A stretch of DNA of 10,482 nt from Paraspadella gotoi (taxonomy: Eukaryota; Animalia; Chaetognatha), in the NCBI GenBank assembly GCA_051294375.1, contig CM119265.1:17607937-17618418 (forward strand), given 5' to 3'. Shown one piece after another: positions 1 through 9,214 of this stretch. A program made the translations under genes and the position numbers. Positions within the stretch are counted from its first letter, which is position 1; every line of letters begins with the position of its first letter. The notes beneath the pieces are model-generated. The model made no database searches. It saw only the letters and a program-made list of their open reading frames with translations, and was not told the origin of the DNA.

Positions 1-670
1 GGGGGGGGGAGGAAGAAGGTGGATAAAGGGCGACTTCCCTCGGGTCAAGTTAGTCCGGAAGAGGAGGAGCAAGTTGGGAAGTAAGGATTTACTTAAAAAT
101 CGAGGGCGGATTAAAACGCCGGGTTTTAATATTTTAATCATTTTCCGGAAGAGAGAATATCCAAATCGGTCCGCATTATGAGTTCGCAACTTAATATTGG
201 TAGTTATTATTAACGTTATATCTGATAGTCGGTCAGCTCGATGAGATTTGCGAAGCGAGAATTGGAAATTTTCGGATATATTGGACATCGAACGGCTGTG
301 CGGGGGAAGCGGCGGCGGCATCGGCAGCCTCGCTGACGCCTGGCGCGGCTTCTGAGAGTCTCTTTTAAATGCAGCTTCAAAGACCGGTACATCGTTTTTT
401 TTCTTTTTGCGGTGAATTTGACTTGACTTGAAAGGGACTACCTCACCTCAAAGCTGTCTTAGGTAGCAGACAACAATGCCTTGAGAGGCTGCAGCCAGTC
501 TGTTGTTTAAAAAGGGTGGCGGAAGGAATATGAGAAAAATAGGCGGGATGAGAGGGGGATGGGGGTAGTAGGATTGGGAAGGGGAGGTGAAGGAGAGGCG
601 TGGTGGATGGGTGGGTTGCGGAAAAGAGTAGAGGGAAAATAGGGAGAGAGAGGTGGGGGCAGAGATTTGC

Positions 671-692
671 GGGATAGGGGAGGGAAAGAGGG
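671..692 (+). other. G-quadruplex consensus motif within a G/purine-rich tract (~541-700)
   Basis: GGG-ATA-GGGG-A-GGG-AAAGA-GGG: four G-runs of 3 or more with loops of 1-5 nt. Folding is not demonstrated. Confidence 0.5.
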
Positions 693-1013
693 TGGAGGTG
701 ACCAGGTCGGCTGGCGCCTGACCCACTCCGTTACCAACGAAAAAGCAAGATTCAGGGATTCCGCCTTTCGGCTTTTCCTTCTCCTTGTTTGCTCGAGCCT
801 CCCGTCTTTTTTTCCATCCGAAAGGATGTTCCCGCTAGTTGCTAATAGAGGTAGAGACTTTGCTACTTTGCGGTGAATTGAGAACGTCTGTGTTGTGTTT
901 TTTGTTGTTGTCACCGTCATGGTCGTCTTCGTCGTTGTCTTTGTCATAAATCAAATAACAAAGACGGGGCGACGAACGTTAAATGTGGACTGTAAATATG
1001 TGTGAAAACTAAG

Positions 1014-1132
<119 letters not shown>

Positions 1133-2079
1133 CGATAAAGGAACATAAACAAAAGGAAATCAAGAAATAGTGGCGTCGTTAGGGCGTTGACAAGGACGAC
1201 GTCACCGACCGTGAAAACGTCGACGACAGCGCCACCGCCGCCGTAGAGGCAAACTGGATTTTCATCGGCGGACGATAAAAAAAAAAGACGATGTCGATTT
1301 TTTTAATCTTTCTAATGGGTTGTTGCTGTTGGGCACTGTTGTACACTGTTCGCCGATTATTTTCTTTATTGGCTTTCTCCTCGATCGAAAAAAGAAAGAA
1401 AATATTTCGGTTTCGAGTTTCAATTCGAAAGAAAAAAAAAGGAAAGAGAATCTTTTTCTCTGCGAAACCTTAAACCGAATGGGAACAAAAAGAAAAAGAG
1501 AGAGAAAAAAAAGGAAGAATAGAAGAATGGATCAGTGATCATTCGAGAAATATGATTTTTTTTTGCGGTCTGCTGGGGTTTTGATGGACTGGGAAATTTA
1601 CAATGGGTTTATGTTCTTGCTTTGCGTAAAAAGAATTTTTTTTTATTTATAAAACGTGGAATTTCTGAGCCTCGGATTCGGTTTGAGCGAAAATAAAAGC
1701 AAAATTGGGGACGCGATTTCGAAATGGAAACGTCGCAACATTTATTGGCGGTCGTAGAAAATCCATTTGGGTTCTTGACTTTGAAGAGAATTTAAGAAAA
1801 GCACGAGGAATAAGAAAGATAAGACAACCAAATGAAAAAACAAGGATACAACATAAATGAATAAATAAATAAAAAACTAATAAATAAATCAATAAATAAA
1901 CAAATATATAAAAGAAAAGACAAAATTAAAAGTTTTATCTATTTTTTCTGTTTTTGCAAGATTGGATAGGAAATACTCTAAATACTAAGCTGAGAAAAAA
2001 ATGAAAGCCTTTAGTCAAAGAGCTCTCAATTTTCAAACAGTTTACTTTGCTCATTTTTTAGGATGCATTAAAGGACTGT

Positions 2080-2132
<53 letters not shown>
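2080..2132. repeat. (GTC)17 microsatellite
   Basis: Perfect GTC trinucleotide run 2080-2130 plus GT. Confidence 0.97.
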
Positions 2133-2247
2133 TCCCTTTCCTCCGTCTCCCACTTTCCCTTACATCTTCTTCGGCCACCAAACGAATGCGTTTATGAATA
2201 TGTGAATTTGCATCAGCCAACGCTTCTAAATCAGAGCCCGACTCAGC

Positions 2248-2248
<1 letters not shown>

Positions 2249-2340
<92 letters not shown>
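2249..2340. repeat. (TC)46 microsatellite
   Basis: Perfect TC run of 92 bp. Confidence 0.98.
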
Positions 2341-2344
<4 letters not shown>

Positions 2345-3071
2345 TTTGAAAGTCAGTCCTAATCAGGGAAAAATCAATAGCACACTGACGCCTTCAGAAT
2401 ACGGTGTAGACTCGTGACCCGCGCTCGACTCTTGGAAGCCAGCGGCGGGGGGGCGTGGTTGTGGGAGTGGTGAGGGGGTTTGGTAGTGTGGTGGGCGTGG
2501 AAGGGTATTGTCAGGGTGGTGAGAACTGAGAAGTAGACATGGTGGTGGGAGTGGTTAGTTTGAAAATCCGTTGGTAGTAGGTAATTTGGGAAAGTTAAAA
2601 TTGCGATTTAATTTGGCAATGTGATTAGAAAGGTAGGGAATTTATAAAGAGTTCGTCAGTGTGTTAGGGATTTTCGAGAAGTTAGTCGGGTGAATAGTTT
2701 TTTCACGAGATTAGATAAAAATAAAATAATGATAATAATACTTGAGGTTGAAAAGTGTGCAATAGGTTGTGAAAGAAGCTTGAATAATCTGTTGCTGGGT
2801 GCAGAAAGGGTTGTAACTTCGAAGTTAGTTGAACCCCAGTCGTGAGAGTTTTCCCTCTACAAAAATCATAACCGAAAGTCGGTTTGGTCAGAAGTTTGTT
2901 TCGCTTCGTTTCTGTCGAAAAACAAGACAATCGTGTCAAAAGAAGACATGGAAGACATGGAAAGGACTTTGGAAAAAAGGGTAAACAGAAAAAGTCACTT
3001 ACGGAATTGGGGCAGAAGCGGAAAATAAGATCATCACGCCAATTCCATTGGAGTGGAAAGGATTAAAAATC

Positions 3072-3174
<103 letters not shown>

Positions 3175-3506
3175 AGACGGAATAAAAAAAAGGGAGTTGA
3201 AAATGGTTTTAGACGATATTTCATCGTAAAAACAGTCAAGGGTTGAGTGGGTACGAAGTTAAGGCATGAGGGATATAAGTTAAGGGGAGAGAGGACAACT
3301 GTTAAGGGGAAGAAGAATAAAAAGGATAAAGAGGGAGAGAGAATAAAAAGTTAAGGGGAGAAGCTTTCTAACCGCGGGAATGCAAACAATGATTCGTCGC
3401 GTCGATTCTTAAAACGTGATCTTTCGTCGACGTAGAAAAAATAAAGGGTAAGTAAAACGGGGGCGCGGGAGTGATTGCAGACGTGCTGCCACCGCCGCTG
3501 CTGCAT

Positions 3507-3524
3507 CCGCCGCCGCCGCCGCCG
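3507..3524. repeat. (CCG)6 microsatellite
   Basis: CCGCCGCCGCCGCCGCCG, preceded by degenerate GCC/GCT triplets. Confidence 0.85.
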
Positions 3525-3672
3525 GGGGTTAAAAGAGAATCGAAAACAAAGTTACTAAAGTGAAAACAGATAAAACATAAATGGATCACCATAACCCAAT
3601 CGGAAAACTCGGGGAAAAAAATAGTCGCATTGTCAAAGTTCGTTTTGTTGACGTCGAAGTCGTTTCATAGAT

Positions 3673-3755
3673 GTCGTCGTCGTCGTCGTCGTCGTTTCAA
3701 TCGTAGTCGTCAACGTCGTCGCTATCGTACCACACAACATCGCCGACGTCGTCGC
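3673..3755. repeat. (GTC)7 microsatellite with degenerate GTC-rich tail
   Basis: Perfect GTC x7 at 3673-3693, then interrupted CGTCGTC units to about 3755. Confidence 0.85.
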
Positions 3756-4160
3756 TGTAAAGCGAAGTCGGTGCATAATCTAACTTTTTGTCGAAATCTA
3801 TGTTCATTTATTTCTTCCAAAAAAATTATTTTTGTTAAGTTTTTAAGTATTTGTTACAATTTTGATTCAAATTCCTTATTATTTTTCGGCCGATAGAGAA
3901 ATAAAAATTTCATAGATTACTGCTAGTCCCTATTAGAGGTTTTTTATTGTAATTTGGCTTAGATTTAGAACGACGAGGAATTAAAGGCGCAAAAATGTGA
4001 CAAAGTAGGAGAAAATGTTACAGTATAATTTTGTAGATTATAAGAAAAGGCAAAGGAAAACAAATCTATTCTATTTTCAAATGTCTACAATTTTAATCCT
4101 AGATTAATCTTAATTTTCTCGGAATCTTTCCATCTCCTTCCTTCCTTCATTCTCCCATTA

Positions 4161-4220
4161 TTCCTCCTCCTCTTCCTCCTCCTCTTCCTCCTCCTCCCTT
4201 CCCTCTTCCCCTTCCTCCCT
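4161..4220. repeat. Polypyrimidine tract containing (TTCCTCCTCCTC)3
   Basis: 60 consecutive pyrimidines; a 12-bp unit is repeated three times at 4161-4196. Confidence 0.9.
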
Positions 4221-4712
4221 ACGGACCTACAATTATTTCCGATCCATAACTCCTCGAGTGTCTCCTCCGCCCTCAAATGAAATCTTCATCTTTCCCTTTC
4301 GCCTTTTTCCCCGACTCAGTTTTAACCCTTTTTTGAGCGAAGAAAAATTCGCCCGTCAATCTGAAAGTAACGCCATACGACTAGCGTCCGCGTCGGAGAC
4401 GGAATACCGTGCAGATCTTAAAGAGGCAACCAACTCACAGACTTTACACTAAAGCGCGACGACCGTAGAAGGTTTGGGAAAGGGAAGGAAAATAGGGGCG
4501 TTGAGATAACAGTCAGGAGTAGAAGTGTGTGAGATGTGCGTGTGTGCAGATATTACGAATGTGTGGTGAGAGTGTGTGAGCATTAGAGATGGAAAAAACT
4601 GGATCCGCTACACAGAATGACGTCGAAGAAACGAAATAACGAATACTTTATTTCAGCGATTATTCTTTAACATACATCTTTAGCGTCATTTACCGATCAA
4701 TAATAAGAGAAG

Positions 4713-4716
<4 letters not shown>

Positions 4717-4755
<39 letters not shown>

Positions 4756-4804
4756 GAACGAGAGAAGAAGAAAAGAGATGTCGAGAGAGAGAGAGAGAGA
4801 GAGA
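4717..4804. repeat. Compound GA microsatellite, (GA)18 plus (GA)11
   Basis: GA runs at 4717-4752 and 4783-4804 separated by a purine-rich spacer. Confidence 0.95.
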
Positions 4805-4832
4805 GGCGAGAGAGTCTACTTCCATACAAAGC

Positions 4833-4857
4833 NNNNNNNNNNNNNNNNNNNNNNNNN
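4833..4857. other. Assembly gap or masked run (25 N)
   Basis: Run of N. Confidence 0.99.
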
Positions 4858-4957
4858 ACACTCACACACTCACTCAACGCCCCTATTTCCTTCCCCCCAA
4901 ACCTCCCTACGCCGCTTTAGTCGTGAGTGCCTCTTAAACGCAATCGCTCGCGGCGAC

Positions 4958-5188
4958 NNNNNNNNNNNNNNNNNNNNNNNNNNNNNNNNNNNNNNNNNNN
5001 NNNNNNNNNNNNNNNNNNNNNNNNNNNNNNNNNNNNNNNNNNNNNNNNNNNNNNNNNNNNNNNNNNNNNNNNNNNNNNNNNNNNNNNNNNNNNNNNNNNN
5101 NNNNNNNNNNNNNNNNNNNNNNNNNNNNNNNNNNNNNNNNNNNNNNNNNNNNNNNNNNNNNNNNNNNNNNNNNNNNNNNNNNNNNNNN
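4958..5188. other. Assembly gap or masked run (231 N)
   Basis: Run of N. Confidence 0.99.
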
Positions 5189-5395
5189 TTAAATCGCAAT
5201 CTACGTTCGAAGCATATTTTGCTTTCCTTTTGGCGCCATAAGAGAACCAGCATTTGCGTCACAACGCCAACTTTGACGCAGAAGCAAAAAATAAAAGCAG
5301 ATGCAGATGCAGATAGTCTCAGATGCGGAAAGAGGCGAGGAGATCAAAAGAGAGAATCCTCTGAGTTTGTAAGAAGATTGAACTATTGACTCGGA

Positions 5396-5439
5396 ACGAC
5401 GACGACGCCGACGACGACGATAACGACGACGACGACGAC
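5396..5439. repeat. Imperfect (GAC)n microsatellite
   Basis: About 14 GAC triplets with GCC, GAT and AAC interruptions; it is the source of the poly-Asp and poly-Arg ORFs here. Confidence 0.9.
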
Positions 5440-5936
5440 AAATCGGTCCCGCCTGCCGCCCCCGCAGATTCATGGGGTCTTCCATGGGGTCGTCGAGAAG
5501 GCTCGAGCCGAGTCGATCTTTTCCCGGCGAATGGTGGGGAGAGGGCGGATGGGAGGAGGGAGGATGAAAGGGAGGAAGGGAGCAGGGTGAGAAGAGAAGA
5601 AGAGAGAAAATTCGCCCGGCGATCATAAAGGGTATAAAAGGAAAAAAGTGATCAAGGTATTTAAGTATATGTCTCTACGTTGGTTTTTCCGCAAATTCCC
5701 TTTTTGAAATTAACATACTTATCGTGATAATAAATTATACTTATTTTTATTTTTTAAACGTAAAGAATTAATCGAATCGAGATCCGATGTCCTTTTGTTT
5801 CTAATCGTTTTCCCAAAAGACGAGGATTTTCTTCTCTCGATTTTCGACTCGATTTTCCCGACGACGAAACAAATCGACTCTGAATCGAAAGGCAAAAGTG
5901 CAGACCAACACTCCATAAATTCTCACTTCTGGGGGG

Positions 5937-6111
5937 NNNNNNNNNNNNNNNNNNNNNNNNNNNNNNNNNNNNNNNNNNNNNNNNNNNNNNNNNNNNNNNN
6001 NNNNNNNNNNNNNNNNNNNNNNNNNNNNNNNNNNNNNNNNNNNNNNNNNNNNNNNNNNNNNNNNNNNNNNNNNNNNNNNNNNNNNNNNNNNNNNNNNNNN
6101 NNNNNNNNNNN
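5937..6111. other. Assembly gap or masked run (175 N)
   Basis: Run of N. Confidence 0.99.
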
Positions 6112-6719
6112 AAAACAGAGAGATAAATTTTAAATATTAATAAACTGTTCCAACTACAAAGACAACAACAACGGAAGCGACAAACCCCCTGGTTTTTACT
6201 GGCTTTTTTCCGGATACTGAAAGTGCTTGGGGCTCGACTCGCCGTGGATACCTACCTCGTCCGACTCAAATTCCTTAAGCCGGACAACTCGCCCCTATGA
6301 CTTCCGACTCGCGGTTTTAGCCGCTTTGTTTTTAACAAAGCCGAAAAAATGTCTTATCCATTGGCAACACATTTGGTTTCTCTTTTAGTCTTCGAGTCCA
6401 TATCTGGTCCTCCATCGCGCTGTGATGTGATCGATGCGAGAGATGATGATGTGGAAAGATGATAGTATGATGCAGGAGGAAGATGAGAGAAGAAGAGAAT
6501 TGATTGAAAGACAGGCTCGGATCGAGAGTATAGAGAGGTGATGGGAGAAGGAGGAGTGAATGATGCTTGGTGTTGAGGAGACATTAGAAAGAGTGAGGAG
6601 TATGACGAATCGTTGGGGGACGAGAGGCGGAAGAACATGAGAGTTCCACAATCCGTAGAAGGTTCAAACGAAATAGATCTTGACACTTGATGTAGCACGA
6701 GGCATGGTAGTATCATGCG

Positions 6720-6825
6720 TTCCTCTTCCTTCCATCCTCTCCTCATTTCTCTTCGTCTCCTATTTTCTTCTCTTCTCTTCTCTCTCTCTCTCTCTCTACT
6801 TCTCTCTTCTCTCGTCTCTCTCTTT
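6720..6825. repeat. CT-rich low-complexity polypyrimidine tract
   Basis: Nearly pure pyrimidine sequence with an internal (TC)n run around 6779-6796. Confidence 0.85.
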
Positions 6826-7128
6826 GGGCTGCTGTGAAAACCTTCGATTTTTAATTGGTATATAAACGTTGGCGGAAAGTCGAATTTTTGAAGATTTTAG
6901 CTCGGGCGCCGAAGCGGGAGCTCCGAGTCTTCCTTTTTAAATTACAGCCTCGATTTCGATTTCGTTTTTTTGTTTGTTTTTGTTTTGTAGCCAAGCAGGT
7001 TTTTTTTTTTTTGCTGAAAAATAATCAGTTCAAGCTCTCGTATTTTAATTTCACACGTTGATAATTGGTTGAACAAATTTTTTTCCGTAGTTCTTTCATT
7101 AACTCACTGTCTCCCTCCGACGCTCAAA

Positions 7129-7402
7129 TTTTTTCTACCTTCTTTCCTTTCAATTCGCTTCATTTTATACTTTACTCTTATCTTCCCCATTACTTCTTCA
7201 TTTTTCCTACCTTCCTTTCAATTCGCTTAATCTTATACTTTACTCTTATCTTCCCCATTACTTCTTCATTTTTCCTACCTTCCTTCCTTTCAATACGCTT
7301 AATATTATACTTTACTCTTATCTTCCCCATTCTTCTTCATTTTTCCTACCTTCCTTCCTTTCAATTCGCTTAATTTTATACTTTACTCTTATCTACCCCA
7401 TT
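7129..7402. repeat. Minisatellite, ~70-bp unit, ~3.9 copies
   Basis: Units at 7129-7200 (72 bp), 7201-7268 (68 bp), 7269-7339 (71 bp) and 7340-7402 (partial). Consensus TTTTTCCTACCTTC(CTTC)CTTTCAATTCGCTTAATNTTATACTTTACTCTTATCTTCCCCATT(A)CTTCTTCA. Confidence 0.95.
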
Positions 7403-7565
7403 CGACTCTCTCTCACTCAACCTACCCCTCTCTCCCTCCTCCCTCTCTCTCCCCTCTTTCTCTTCATTGTATGCTCACTTGTCTCTATCTTCCCCAACTT
7501 ACGAACCGCAATGAAATTAATGGGCGCAATGGAGATTCCCACCGGGGCGAGGAAGGAGCCGAGTC

Positions 7566-7717
7566 GAGGAGGAAGAGGAAGGGAGGAAGAGGAAGAGGAG
7601 GAAGAGGAAGAGGAGGGGAGGGAGAAGATGGGAAGGAGGGAAGGATGAGAAAGGGGGAAGAGGAAGAGGAAGTGAGGGAGGGCAGAGGGAGGGAGGGAGA
7701 AAAAGGGGAAGAGGAGA
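7566..7717. repeat. Polypurine (GAG/GAA-rich) tract with a G-quadruplex motif at 7676-7697
   Basis: About 150 nt with only a few pyrimidines; it includes GGGAGGGCAGAGGGAGGGAGGG (five G3 runs). Confidence 0.85.
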
Positions 7718-8047
7718 TGTTTGGAAAAGTTGGAAGATGGTTTTTGATGAGATTTTTAAATGAAGAAGGTTAACTGTCATAATTTAGAAATATCATGTTA
7801 AGAAAATACACGTGCTTTAGTATTTTTCTCAAACTTTTTTTAAAGAGTGAAATATCATTCTCTCTTTTACTATACTCGTTGTTTTTTTTCTTTACATCTT
7901 TGATTGAACCTTATGCCTTCTTTTCTTGATCTTATTCGTTCCAACTCGCTCAATCTCCATGAGATCCGCATTCCACTCTCTCTCTCTCTCTAACTCTATC
8001 TCTATCCTTCTTCATGCCCCGATCTTTATCACTCGCTCCATCACCTG

Positions 8048-8078
<31 letters not shown>

Positions 8079-8530
8079 TCCCTCCTCTTTGTTTTCTTTC
8101 TCTCACTGTCCCGTTATTTTGCTTTAGCCGTGATGCCTCATTCTCGGACTGAGTCACGGGCAGAGATCCCGTTCGAGACCTCAAACCATTTTTCTTTTAA
8201 AAAGGAAAAAATGTTTAAAATCGTTTTTTTATTTATATTATAATTTGTTTTCTATGAAACTATAAAAATATGAAGTTAAATTATAATAATATATTTTATT
8301 TATATAAACTATATATATATATTTAGTAAGAGTTAAGAGCAGAAAAAAATTTAAATGAGAAAAAATATTTTTTAAACAATACAATTAATTATCATAATTA
8401 TATAATTATAATTATTTTTTTTTATAATACGGTATTATGTATATACTCTCTTTTCGTTGAGGTATTAGGACAAAAACAGTTTTATTTGACAACGATTTAA
8501 TTGACACAATTTAGTCAGACATGTTTCGGC

Positions 8531-8554
8531 TCTTTCACTCTTTCACTCTTTCAC
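8531..8554. repeat. (TCTTTCAC)3 tandem repeat at the inversion junction
   Basis: Three exact copies at 8531-8538, 8539-8546 and 8547-8554. Confidence 0.95.
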
Positions 8555-8611
8555 AAAAGCACTGATGAAGGCTCTAAGTGAAAGAGCCGAAACATGTCTG
8601 ACTAAATTGTG
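8552..8611 (+). ncRNA. Minimal type I hammerhead ribozyme motif (PLE-type)
   Basis: CTGATGA 8562-8568, extra A8569, stem II GGCTCT(8570-8575)/AGAGCC(8583-8588) with a 7-nt loop, GAAA 8589-8592, palindromic helix III ACATGT 8592-8597 and GTC triplet 8596-8598 (predicted cleavage after C8598). Stem I is CA/TG, extendable through AG/CT and CACAA/TTGTG. Confidence 0.8.
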
Positions 8612-9214
8612 TCAATTAAATCATTGTCAAATAAAACTGTTTTTGTCCTAATATAATACGGTAAAAATTACTATTTTTTTCTTTGGAAACCTCGATCTAC
8701 CGGGATCGACGGCGGAAGGGGACGAAAAAAAAAGTTGGTTTGATGAGGTTGATGGAATCATCATTATGGAAAAGACGGAATTAAAACTGAGAAAATTCTT
8801 TTGTCTTTCACATGCAAACTTCCATGACTTAAAATGAGGCCGCGGCTTTTTTTCCTTTTTTTTCTTAACTTTCCCTGTCCTTCCTCCATTCCCCTTTTTT
8901 TCCCTTTTTTTCTTTTTCCGTCGTTTCTTTTTCAAATTGTTTCCTTTCTTTTTCTTCTCTTTTCTTAGCGGTATTCTTTTGTTAGAAGAAGGACATTTAA
9001 AAAACTTCTAATTCGTAATTTTAAACCGTGTAAAAACAACAATTCTTTTATTGATTACTACATGTGTAGATTACTACTATTACTACCTTAATAGATTTTT
9101 AACATCCATTCTTTGAGGCCACAATCTATGACTTTCCCATGACAACGTATGCAAATTATTTGCTACGTTCACCCACACCCAAAATGCTCAAAACGCAATC
9201 CCTTTTCTTTCTTC

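Larger units (their letters stand above)
8435..8653 (+). mobile_element. Short non-autonomous Penelope-like retroelement remnant (pLTR fragment plus inverted partial copy)
   Basis: A minimal hammerhead core with palindromic helix III, AATAAA at 8630-8635, a 77-bp inverted copy upstream and a flanking 12-bp direct repeat TATAATACGGTA (8423-8434 and 8652-8663). The assignment rests on architecture; no RT or GIY-YIG ORF is present in the window. Confidence 0.72.
8463..8653. repeat. Long inverted repeat: 77-bp arms, 37-nt spacer
   Basis: 8463-8539 is the reverse complement of 8577-8653 with a single mismatch (C8493/A8623); the spacer is 8540-8576. Confidence 0.98.

Noticed and set aside
406-879. 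Dispersed exact repeats TTTGCGGTGAATT (406-418, 867-879) and AAAATTCGCCCG (4344-4355, 5607-5618)
   Set aside because: A few 12-13-mer matches are expected by chance in 10 kb, and these do not bound any recognisable element.
448-947. Overlapping ORFs 448..726, 507..947 and 667..876
   Set aside because: Pro/Ser/Thr-rich translations of a G/purine-rich tract and GT-rich sequence; no recognisable domain or convincing exon structure.
2001-2417. 138-aa ORF with poly-Arg and (LS)n
   Set aside because: Open only because it runs through the (GTC)17 and (TC)46 microsatellites.
5297-5314. Short tandem duplications such as (GCAGAT)3 here, (GAAGACATG)2 near 2942 and (TGTACAAG)2 near 10393
   Set aside because: Ordinary slippage products with no further structure.
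4686-5389. Long ORFs spanning N-runs (also 5795..6133 and 9139..9899)
   Set aside because: Their length is an artefact of translating N as X; the flanking peptides are uninformative.
5633-5640. TATAAAAG TATA-box match
   Set aside because: No initiator consensus at the expected distance and no downstream gene; such matches are expected by chance in AT-rich DNA.
7065-7373. Hydrophobic repeat-protein-like ORF
   Set aside because: Translation of the T/C-rich minisatellite; unit lengths of 68 and 71 bp are not multiples of three.
7129-7402. Possible CRISPR-like array
   Set aside because: Units are contiguous tandem copies with no unique spacers, there are no cas genes and the context is eukaryotic.
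8463-8653. MITE or pre-miRNA interpretation of the inverted repeat
   Set aside because: Disfavoured rather than excluded. The left direct repeat is 28 nt away from the arm instead of abutting it, and a hammerhead core straddles the spacer and right arm. The 77-bp near-perfect stem with a 37-nt loop is also atypical for an animal pre-miRNA.
8692-8709. Small hairpin TCGATC-TACCGG-GATCGA
   Set aside because: A 6-bp stem built from TCGA, which is abundant in this window; no supporting context.
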